DNA of 64,000 nucleotides from Porphyridium purpureum. Its lineage: Eukaryota. Both the position numbers and the translations under genes were made by a program. The notes below the pieces were generated by a model that searched no databases, was not told where the DNA came from, and saw only the letters and a list, made by a program, of their open reading frames with translations. Of this stretch, positions 44,644 through 53,803 are shown one piece after another (the stretch's first letter is position 1; every line of letters begins with the position of its first letter). The stretch spans positions 186,001 through 250,000 of the forward strand of contig VRMN01000010.1 of assembly GCA_008690995.1 (NCBI GenBank), read 5' to 3'.

Positions 44644-45196
44644 TTACCGGTGCATCTTCTCCCAACCGGTTGCGACCCAACCCGCTCGCCACCCACCACC
44701 CGACTCAGCGCTCGGTGCGGCATTCGCGTGGCGATGTCATGCGGATTGCAATGTGATGCGGAATCACAATGGCATGTGCGGAATCGCAATCGCATCTGGA
44801 TGACGATGGAATGCAGATTGCAATGGCATGTGTCATTACGTGGGTCTATGAAGTACGGCTGGTTTGATAGGACGTTGCGACTAGGGTTACGCGGTTAGGG
44901 TTAACCGCTCCGAGTGAAGACGGAAAGAGGAAGGAGAGAGAGAGAGAGAGGGGGACAGAGGCAGCGGGGTGGGGTGTGTGGAGAGTCGGATGGTGGTGGC
45001 GTGTGTGCGTGGTTGCGGCTGGGGATTGGGAAGGTGGTGGTGCGGGTAGGGGCGCGGAGGAACGGGGCATGTGAGTGCGGCGCGCGGGGAAGCGGGCGGG
45101 GCGGCAGAACGGCGAGTGCGGTGGCAGGCAGCAGCAGCGCGCGCGTGCGCAGGGTGCGATGGAGCCGGAGCGCGACGCAGGCGGCGTCGTTGCGCG

Positions 45197-46153
45197 ATGA
45201 GGATGGGCGCGCGGGGTGGCGAGCGCGCGGGCTGGGGCGGCGCGGGTTCCGCGGCGGCGGGGACGGCGGGGTCGGCGGGCCCGGGGTCGAGTAGAAGGCG
45301 GAGCGGCGCAGTGTCGGTCGCCGCGGCATCGGTGAACCGCAACGCGCAGCAGAACGCAGCGGCGAGTCAGGGCTCAGTGACCGGGATGCACGTGCTGCGC
45401 ACGCTGGGGGTGCTGGTGTGTGTGTTCCTGCTGGGCGCGGGCGCGTTGGTTACCTTTGGGTCAAAGGTGATGGGTCGTGACACGTGGAACCTGGTCGCGG
45501 GCTTTTGGCTGGCTTTCTGGCTCACCATGTTTGGCGTGACGCTTGCCATGCTGCTGCGTATAGTAATTGGCAAAGCGCTGGATCCGGCAGCGTCAGGGGG
45601 CACCGGCCGCGGCGCTCAGCAAGCAAACAGGCCGCTTGGGATGGGGCTCGCCGAGCGATTGATTGCGCGACGTGTCGCGTCCATCGCTGACCCGGAAAGA
45701 AGAGGCTATGCGCTTCAGGCGCATCGACTCATGTTTCTGGACCGCGATTTCAACGACCAAGACTACGAAATGCTGCTGGAGCTCGACAACAACAACCAGT
45801 CCTTCAAGCGCTTCCTGGAAGGCGCCAGCCAGGATGCTGTCGAGTGCTTACCCAGCTATGTATTTGATACCGCAAAGCATAGACCGGCGCCACAGTCAAG
45901 CACCAGTGACGGTACGGCCTCAGCACGGGACTCCACTGAGAGCGGCGCGTCTCTGAACAGTTCTCGGTTTGAGTGCCCCATCTGCCTGGACGAGTACGAG
46001 GACGGCCAACTCATCCGCATTTTACCGTGTCTCCACCAATTCCACGCCGGTTGCGTGGACCGCGCGCTCATGGAAAAGGCAAAGTGCCCAATGTGCGCGC
46101 TCAACATTCAGTCTGCATTCGACGAGCAAGCCATTGTCAACGCGTCCACTTGA
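45197..46153 (+). CDS. Membrane-anchored RING-H2 E3 ligase, SDIR1-like
   Basis: Two N-terminal TM helices; 'LMFLDRDFNDQDYEMLLELD'; RING-H2 'CPICLDEY...LPCLHQFHAGCVD...CPMC'. Start uncertain (45197, 45203 or later). Confidence 0.85.
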   Translation: MRMGARGGERAGWGGAGSAAAGTAGSAGPGSSRRRSGAVSVAAASVNRNAQQNAAASQGSVTGMHVLRTLGVLVCVFLLGAGALVTFGSKVMGRDTWNLVAGFWLAFWLTMFGVTLAMLLRIVIGKALDPAASGGTGRGAQQANRPLGMGLAERLIARRVASIADPERRGYALQAHRLMFLDRDFNDQDYEMLLELDNNNQSFKRFLEGASQDAVECLPSYVFDTAKHRPAPQSSTSDGTASARDSTESGASLNSSRFECPICLDEYEDGQLIRILPCLHQFHAGCVDRALMEKAKCPMCALNIQSAFDEQAIVNAST

Positions 46154-47257
46154 CCCGGCTCATAGCGTAGATGTGGATTCGCATTAGTTCGTCATGGTTT
46201 CAGATCTTGCATGTGGGCTCCCATCGAAGAATCGGGTCACGTCAGTCGAGGCTAGCACTGGCGGCGCCAAGCTGTAGGTTGCCGTGTTCGAAGAGTCTAT
46301 GTGCCGTACGATAAAGTCAGTTCAATTTTAGACGGCTCTGTGCGAGGCGCAGCCAAGAAATTAGAGTTCCCGCCTTCAGGGGTTACTGCAGACGCTGTCA
46401 GAGAGAGGGAGACCAAGGCAGAAGTAGGGGGTTGGAAGAGCACGCACCTGGCCACTATTTTAATCAAACCAAACATGACTGCCCAGCCCGGATCCAGTAG
46501 TGCCAAATGCTTGCAAGATCCTCAGAATCAAGCAAAAGTACTCGCTGTAACGATCAATTCATCGGCGACCTGATCGTACGGACAGACTATATCTCCCAAC
46601 ACCCGCACCTGCGCGTTTGCGAAACAGCAGAGCGCCGTACTCATGGTGACGATATCCGACCTTCACATACCCGCGCAGAGCACTGGCCATTCTCCAAAGC
46701 GCCTGTTGCTACACCTGCAGCTTCTGCATATTGGCATAAATGGACACTGTGTTCAGCGTATTTTCGCAACGCTCGGGCGGCGGAATGCACAGCTGGCGCA
46801 ACACTTGCTGATCCATCTACGTGTTGCTGGTTGACCCTGATGGAACTTTGGCCGTCAGCCAAAGACAAGGACAAACACCATGCATCGTGTCACTTTGCGC
46901 GAGCCAACTGGTGAGAGCCCAGATGCATTTTCTGAAACTGACAAACAGTGACACGCATAAAAGTCGAGGCGAGGGAGGAAAAAAATAAAAAAATAATAAA
47001 AAAAATAATGTGTGCGTGACTTTACAACCGAGACGCCTCCCGGCATATCATCGCGCGCCAAGGCAATGACCTTCCCGAATACAAACACAATTGCGTGAAC
47101 CTGGGTTTGTCCCACACGACAAAATATACTTCGCCGCCGTAAGAGCAAACATATCTTCCCAATCAGTTTCGAACCAGTTGTCGAACATGTGTCGGATCAC
47201 ATGTCTCCATTCAAAAAAAGTAGCAAGTAGGATAAAGTCTGTTTCTGCCTGTACAGT

Positions 47258-50185
47258 CTATGTGTGGGCTACCACCTCCGCGTCAGCCTCACCTGAAACG
47301 ATAATGCGGTCGATTTGCTCCAGCACTGCATGAACGCTGCTGCCGTCAATGCCGATGATTTCCTGCTCTTCCAGCGTGTAGCGCATCTGCAGAAGTGCGA
47401 CAAGTTCACGGCACGCCTCGACGCAGTTTGCGTACAATGGGCGCAGCAGAACAGCACGCGTTGACGGCTTCGTGATGTACAAGTGCAGCCGCTGCACGCT
47501 CGAAACGAGCTTGTTGCGCACGTTTGCCTTGACCTGGCTCCACAGTTCGCTCACGCGCGCCGGATGCGCAAACGAGCTCGCATCGAGCTTTTGCTGCTCA
47601 AACGAGCCGCGCGGGAAGGACTGTTCTGCTGCTTGTAGGACGTCTTGGGTGCCGTCATCTTCGTCCGAAGGAGCAGCCGTAAGCGGATCGGCCACTTGTC
47701 TCGAGCCAGACGGCACAGCGTTGCACTTTGCCAGGAAGGCGAGAATCGGGTCCAGCACCAGCCGCGTCTCCTTGAGAATGAACGCTTCACACGCCGATCT
47801 CAACTCGTGCTCCAGGCTGCGCTTGGAATCCACCACGCGCTCCTTGGTGGCGGCGGGTGGTTGTGCAAGCGCACGGAACGTGACATGGCCACGCAACACA
47901 TGCGTGAGAAGCTGGCGTAGCTCATAGAAATCGAGCTCTTTCTCCGTGTACGCAAAGTCGACGTCGAACGGTGATATCTGCTCGCGCAGCATGAGCAGCT
48001 GCCAAATTTGGAAGCACTGAGCGTGCTCGGCGGCCTCTGTCGCGCTCAAGTTGGCCCCAACCCCACTCGCAATCTTTCTTGATGCGAACAGAATGCACTC
48101 CACGCATGCTTGCACTGCTTCCTGGGCAATCCCGCTGAATACCTCTGCATCAATGCATCGATACAGCATGGACAGCAGCTTGAGCGTGTGCTCAACAGGT
48201 GGATACCACGTGGAGAAATAGCCAGTGCTCCGCCGCCTCAAAGCCGCCGAGCTTGCGTCCGATTCGCTCACCGCACTGGCGATACCACCTCGCGCTCTTG
48301 AGCTGCTCGCCCCAGAGAGCAAGAGCGCCGGATAATCCAGATCGTGCGACGTGGGCACGAACGACTTGATATGATCCCGAAGATACACTTCAGCGCGGAA
48401 AATGATTCGCTCCTGCGCGTCAGCTATGGCGCGATACACCACGGTCGATAGCGCCTCTCCAGTATAACCGTGACGAGGGATCTCATCAGCGAGCATTTCC
48501 ATACGCAAAATTTCTATGAGGTATACGAGTTTCTCGAGGTCATCCTCTTTCAAAATGCGCGGCCGAATCTCATCGTAGAAGCACATACACAGGGTTTTCA
48601 GGTATTGCAGGAGAGTGCTCCTCGATTCTACAGCCTGTGACGAAGCCGACATCGAATAGGTTTGCGCTGTAGTTTTCTTCGTATGCTGATTTTGCGCAGA
48701 CAATGCGGAGCTCGCGCCACTGCTCTCGGCCATGATGGCGGCGGCCGTGCCCAGTCCGGCCGCTGGTGCAGGTTTGACCAAGAAAAAGTACTCGAAGAGC
48801 GATGTCTCGAGCTCACAAATCTGCAAAAGGTAGGAAGATCCATGTCGCGTAAGACCGACAGTGTTGTGCAAGTCCGCAAGTGACATAATGTGCGCGACAA
48901 TGGACGGCTCGATGACGCGCCGTCGCTGCTCGACAAAGCATTCCCCACATTCGGCGAGCAGCGAGATGGCCACAGAACGCGAACCAAATAGCGGGTTGCT
49001 CAGGATGTGCAGCGCGCTTGGGTCGGCTTTCCCCACGATTTCCTTGACGCGCCGCCCGAGATCCGATTCGGCACGGCTCGTTAGCTCGGCGATCAGCCCC
49101 TTGACTGACGGTGCCACCGCGCGGAAACGCAAATATTCAACGCTCGCGTCGTTCAGATCGCCATCGGGCTGAAAGTCACGCTGTAGCGACTCTTGCGCCA
49201 ACAGGGACGTCTGCTGCCGCGCGTTCGGAGACCCTTGCGCAAGCCTGCCCTTTTTCCGCACTTCGGCCAGAACACTGCTGGCGACGGTGCGAAACGTCCC
49301 CACAACGTAGTCTCGGATCATCATGAACGCGCGGCGCTGCAGCTCGAGAAAGCGCGCAAGGTAGCCGTCGGCCTCGACCACCGATCCGCTTGAGCTCGAC
49401 GCATAGGCAATGCATTCGTCCAGCCGATGCAGCAGGCGCAAAAAGTCTGGGTGTGTGGGCGAGATTGCGTCCTTGCCCGAGCCAAACTTGGCGGAGAGAT
49501 TCTCGAGCTCTTCAAAGTACTTGAGCCGCTCCCGCAGCGCCTCGGCGAGCTCACTAAAGCGCTTGCGTTCAGATACGAGCGACTCGCAGTCGGTACGAAA
49601 GCGAGTGGTTGTTTTCAGGATTTGCGCCCGCATAGTCTGGACTTGCGCGAGCTGCGCGACGACCGAGTCGGCTTGCGCCTGCATGTGCAGAATCACGTCG
49701 CGGTCGCGCGCGAGGCGGGAGACCATATCGCGATACTTGAACTCATTCGCGTCGTCCAGTCTGCGCTCGATGCTTTCATACCACTCTCTGAACTGCTCCG
49801 CGCTGCGAATCCCCGTCAGCTTTGCCAGATCCTGATTAAACGTGATATTCATCTCCGCCGCGTGTTTGGCATCCACCCGCTCTGCCTTTGAATGCTTCAT
49901 GGCAACCCGCATCTCCTGTTCCGACGCCGCACCACCATCACGCCCACCTCCTTCAGCCTCCGCTCCCGCTCCCTCCGGGCCCATCAGAGCCACTCCACCA
50001 CCACTACTTGTGCTTGCATCGTCACGCCGCTGCGTATCAGAAACAGTCGCCGAGCGCGCGCCCAGCGCCGCATTTCTCCCGGCCGCCGCGCGCTCGACCT
50101 GCGCACACAGCTCGATCTGCTTCTCTGTCAGCGGCGCGGCCGCCTCCCACTCCCGCAAGAACTGCGCATGACCACTCGAACCCAT
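47258..50185 (-). CDS. COG3: Conserved oligomeric Golgi complex subunit 3 (Sec34)
   Basis: 'LKYFEELE', 'RLDECIAY', 'DAQERIIFRA', 'DLDYP', 'WYPPVEHTLKLLSMLYRCID..VF..IAQEAV..C', 'LLMLREQISPF'. First ATG after the CT tract is at 50185. Confidence 0.93.
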   Translation of the reverse strand: MGSSGHAQFLREWEAAAPLTEKQIELCAQVERAAAGRNAALGARSATVSDTQRRDDASTSSGGGVALMGPEGAGAEAEGGGRDGGAASEQEMRVAMKHSKAERVDAKHAAEMNITFNQDLAKLTGIRSAEQFREWYESIERRLDDANEFKYRDMVSRLARDRDVILHMQAQADSVVAQLAQVQTMRAQILKTTTRFRTDCESLVSERKRFSELAEALRERLKYFEELENLSAKFGSGKDAISPTHPDFLRLLHRLDECIAYASSSSGSVVEADGYLARFLELQRRAFMMIRDYVVGTFRTVASSVLAEVRKKGRLAQGSPNARQQTSLLAQESLQRDFQPDGDLNDASVEYLRFRAVAPSVKGLIAELTSRAESDLGRRVKEIVGKADPSALHILSNPLFGSRSVAISLLAECGECFVEQRRRVIEPSIVAHIMSLADLHNTVGLTRHGSSYLLQICELETSLFEYFFLVKPAPAAGLGTAAAIMAESSGASSALSAQNQHTKKTTAQTYSMSASSQAVESRSTLLQYLKTLCMCFYDEIRPRILKEDDLEKLVYLIEILRMEMLADEIPRHGYTGEALSTVVYRAIADAQERIIFRAEVYLRDHIKSFVPTSHDLDYPALLLSGASSSRARGGIASAVSESDASSAALRRRSTGYFSTWYPPVEHTLKLLSMLYRCIDAEVFSGIAQEAVQACVECILFASRKIASGVGANLSATEAAEHAQCFQIWQLLMLREQISPFDVDFAYTEKELDFYELRQLLTHVLRGHVTFRALAQPPAATKERVVDSKRSLEHELRSACEAFILKETRLVLDPILAFLAKCNAVPSGSRQVADPLTAAPSDEDDGTQDVLQAAEQSFPRGSFEQQKLDASSFAHPARVSELWSQVKANVRNKLVSSVQRLHLYITKPSTRAVLLRPLYANCVEACRELVALLQMRYTLEEQEIIGIDGSSVHAVLEQIDRIIVSGEADAEVVAHT

Positions 50186-50194
50186 CTCCTCCCT

Positions 50195-50238
<44 letters not shown>

Positions 50239-50547
50239 TTCTCCGCACTTTCACTCGCACGCTTGCAATGTCTATCGCAATGTCATCAAATAGTCCGAAC
50301 ACGCATTGCAATGTCCTCATTGTATGAAATGTTCATTGCTATGTCATGTTTATAGGTAATGTGCATCCCATTGTCATGTGTAAGAGTATCTCAAAGATGA
50401 TAATGTAATGGCGTAATATAGAAGATGACAATGTAATGTGGCAATCCAAGTGGGGTGTGTGGAAGTGTTCTGGAAGAGCAGAGAGAGAGCGAGCGGAGAG
50501 AGGAGAGATAGAGAAGAAGGACTTGCGGAGACTTTGGGTTTGAGTGG

Positions 50548-52968
50548 ATGGACAGTATGGAAGATCATGGAGAGGGGAGCAATGGGCATCCTCCGACGCT
50601 GCTGCAGCTGATTAACTATGAGGAGGAGTTCAGCGCCGAGATGCGATCGTTTTTGAGTCGGAGCGGGTTTGACGGAAGTCAGATGGGCTCCGATTACAAG
50701 GTGGTCGCGATCATTGGCCCGCAGAGCAGCGGCAAGTCGACCTTGTTGAATTTGCTGTTTGAGACGGCGTTTCAGACAATGGATGAGAGCCAGGGACGGT
50801 ATCAGGTCACACAGGGCGTGTGGCTCGGCTGTGATCTCGCGTCTCGCACGCTCGTCATGGACCTCGAAGGCACCGACTCGCGTGAACGCGGAGAGGCAGC
50901 CGTCTCTTTTGAGCGCAAGTCGAGCCTTTTTGCACTGGCGCTTTCGGAAGTGCTGATTATCAATGTGTGGACGCAGGACGTCGGCCGCCTGAACGCGTCC
51001 AACTTTGGACTGCTCAAGACCATTCTCGAGCTCAACGCACAGCTCTTCCAGAGCGCCTCATCTCAGAGCACGCGTTCGCCGGGCAAGCATCACCCAAACA
51101 GCAGCGACAGTGTTGCTTTCAAAACCAAGCTACTCTTTGTGCTGCGCGACCACGTCGCAACCCCGCTGGAAAAGCTCGCCGAGATTCTGCTCACCGACCT
51201 GCACAAGATATGGGAGGCAATCGACAAGCCAGATGCGCTGCGCGGCACAAAACTAGACGCCGCCTTTGACGTCGAGTTTCGCGCACTGCCGCACAAGATC
51301 CTGGCGCAGGAAGACTTTCTGGTCAAGGCCAAGCAGCTCAACAACGAGTTCCACTCGGAAATCATGTACAGGCCAGAGTACAAGCGAGATCTCGACATTG
51401 ACGCGCTGCCACTCTTTGCAGAAAATGTGTGGGCGGTGATTCGCTCGAGCAAAGATCTCGATATTCCCACGCAAAAGCAAATGGTGGCAACAATCCGCTG
51501 TACGCAGATCGCCAAGGAGGCTCAGGCCGAGGCCGAATCGCAGCTGACGACATTCATGCAAAGCGCTGCCACGTCAGACGGCATGCTTCGAGGCCTGCAG
51601 CATGCGTTTGATGATATCTACCTTGCCGCGCACGCCAAGTACGATCAGGAGGCGCATCGGTACGCGCAAGGCATTTACACAGAAAAGAAGAGGGACATGG
51701 ACTTTGTGCTACTGGAAAGTTTGCGTGTTATTTTTGACGAGCAATGCCAGCTTGCGGCGGAACACGTAGTCAATCAGTTTGAGGCAAGAGCAAATGCCGT
51801 CCGCAAATTGCCCGCCGCGTGGAAGCATGCTGACACTTTGCGTGCTGAGCGTACGGAGGCCGTTGAATCGTTCCTGGCAGGCGCAGGCGCTCCTCCGGAG
51901 CACGCCAAACTACCCCTTTCGCCCGCGAGCAAGGCATTGGCTTCACGGCTGGACGCAGTGCTGGTTCGCACCCTGCAGACGATTTTGGAAGCCTCTGACA
52001 GAGACGTTGATTCCCTGTGGGACAAGGAGTTTTCCACACGAATGGCGAACCTGGCGGATCACGCCAAGCCGGCATCGTTCTGGCAGCAGACCACCACAAC
52101 ATTTGAATCGGCGTTGGCGGCGTGCAGGCTGTTTCAGGCCGAGATTGTAGGACAGCATGGCCTGAGTTTGCCATCAGATGAGCAGGCGCGAATCATGGCA
52201 GAACTGACTGCGCAGTGCATCGACGACGCGCGTGCGGATCTGCTGCAGCTCATTGGTTCAGAAAGTGTAGTGCTCAAGCGTGCACTCAAGCGGTTCGAGG
52301 AATCATTCCGTTTCGACGAGCGAGGAGTGCCGCGGTCGTGGAGCGAAAGGGATAACGTAGACGAACTTTATCTCGGCGCTCTGGCGCAGGGCAACGCGTT
52401 GATCGAAACATTTGCTAATGGCAGGGTCAGTCAACACTTTAAGATGGTCATTCTCTCCGAGCAGCAAGTGCTCGAGTGCAAGGACAACCTGCAGCGCTCC
52501 GCTGCGCCTGCGTGTACAGACGCCAAGCGCGTGCAAGAAGCCGCGCTGACAAAGATGAAGGTGCCAGTGTGGCTCATCGGGCTGCTGATTGTGTTGGGCT
52601 GGAATGAATTCATGATGTTGTTTCGTAATCCGTGGCTTCTGGTCTTCCTGCTCATGCTTTCTCCGCTTGTCTACTTGTACATAACGTTGGACTTGAACAG
52701 CATTATTGTTCCCATGGCCACCGCGATGATTGGTCCGTACTACGAGCAAGCGAAGCGCGTCGCACGGGATCTTCTTGATGACGGCTTGCCGCGGCAAGCC
52801 AATTCTGAAGCGTCAGGATTCACGAAGAGCGACGCCACGGGGTCTCTAGGTACTGCATCGACGTCTTCTGCGGTCGCAGCATCTGTGAGCAGCGACTCTA
52901 ATCGGAGAGAGGTTTCCCGCGCGGACGCACTAGATACCGTGGCTAGCTTTCGGACAAAAGCCGAATGA
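50548..52968 (+). CDS. SEY1: ER-fusion GTPase RHD3/Sey1
   Basis: 'IIGPQSSGKSTLLNLLF', 'VMDLEGTDSRERGE', 'FERKSSLFALA', 'LLFVLRD', 'DLDIPTQ', C-terminal 'LGWNEF...RNPW' TM hairpin. Confidence 0.95.
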   Translation: MDSMEDHGEGSNGHPPTLLQLINYEEEFSAEMRSFLSRSGFDGSQMGSDYKVVAIIGPQSSGKSTLLNLLFETAFQTMDESQGRYQVTQGVWLGCDLASRTLVMDLEGTDSRERGEAAVSFERKSSLFALALSEVLIINVWTQDVGRLNASNFGLLKTILELNAQLFQSASSQSTRSPGKHHPNSSDSVAFKTKLLFVLRDHVATPLEKLAEILLTDLHKIWEAIDKPDALRGTKLDAAFDVEFRALPHKILAQEDFLVKAKQLNNEFHSEIMYRPEYKRDLDIDALPLFAENVWAVIRSSKDLDIPTQKQMVATIRCTQIAKEAQAEAESQLTTFMQSAATSDGMLRGLQHAFDDIYLAAHAKYDQEAHRYAQGIYTEKKRDMDFVLLESLRVIFDEQCQLAAEHVVNQFEARANAVRKLPAAWKHADTLRAERTEAVESFLAGAGAPPEHAKLPLSPASKALASRLDAVLVRTLQTILEASDRDVDSLWDKEFSTRMANLADHAKPASFWQQTTTTFESALAACRLFQAEIVGQHGLSLPSDEQARIMAELTAQCIDDARADLLQLIGSESVVLKRALKRFEESFRFDERGVPRSWSERDNVDELYLGALAQGNALIETFANGRVSQHFKMVILSEQQVLECKDNLQRSAAPACTDAKRVQEAALTKMKVPVWLIGLLIVLGWNEFMMLFRNPWLLVFLLMLSPLVYLYITLDLNSIIVPMATAMIGPYYEQAKRVARDLLDDGLPRQANSEASGFTKSDATGSLGTASTSSAVAASVSSDSNRREVSRADALDTVASFRTKAE

Positions 52969-53051
52969 TTCAATTTGTGACAGGATGCAAGAGAACGCGT
53001 GGGGCATGTGGAACATCTGTCGAGTGTCGTCAATTTACAGACAAGAAACAG

Positions 53052-53711
53052 CTAGTTGTCCTTTTTGTTGCCCGTCGTCGGTTCGACCACTCCTTGCTGC
53101 TGCTGCTGCTGCTGCTGCCTCTCTTGCTCTCGTTTTTTAGCCACAGACACCCGAATGGCCATCTTGGCTATGAGGGCAAACAGGCGGAAGAGCAGGATGT
53201 GCCCGAGCAACAGCATCGGTGCGGCATAGAAGATAAACGCAAAAAGGCCGTTCGAGTCAAAGTAGTCTTGTGTCGCAAACTTGGTCCAGTTGGCGGCGCC
53301 CCACGTGTTCAACCGTTCGGTCATGAACACCAGCGCAGCGATCACAAACATGAACGCCACCATGGCGTTCGCACGGCGACGAACTAGAAAGGCTACCGCG
53401 TACATTCCGACATGGAAGGCCAGCAGTGCCATAATGAACGGCTCAGTCCACGTGACCGTTTCTACAAAATCGGCGACGAGGTCCAACCGCATGACGCCGC
53501 CCAGCGCATCGAGCGCATCATCAGCAAACGCGTACGCCACGTCCATTGCGGACATGTCTGAATAATTGCGGCCGGCGCGCGCACCTGCCGCGGCCGCGCC
53601 AAAGTACGCGGACGCATTGCGATTCAATGCGTCCTGCGCCTCGCGAAGCACGCCTTCGACGTCCACAATTTCCTTCAGCTCCTCTATCAACAACTGCTCA
53701 TCGAACTCCAT
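53052..53711 (-). CDS. TMEM18: TMEM18-family membrane protein
   Basis: 'VTWTEPFIMALLAFH', 'ERLNTWGAANWTKFATQDYFDSNGLF...APML', basic and polyQ tail. Confidence 0.85.
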   Translation of the reverse strand: MEFDEQLLIEELKEIVDVEGVLREAQDALNRNASAYFGAAAAGARAGRNYSDMSAMDVAYAFADDALDALGGVMRLDLVADFVETVTWTEPFIMALLAFHVGMYAVAFLVRRRANAMVAFMFVIAALVFMTERLNTWGAANWTKFATQDYFDSNGLFAFIFYAAPMLLLGHILLFRLFALIAKMAIRVSVAKKREQERQQQQQQQQGVVEPTTGNKKDN

Positions 53712-53803
53712 CGTGAGTGACTGTCGACGGCGTCGCTCCCGACAAAGCTTGTCGACGCGGCTGCACAGCACCGAGACACACGAGGAGCGAAGCCAGCGAC
53801 AGC

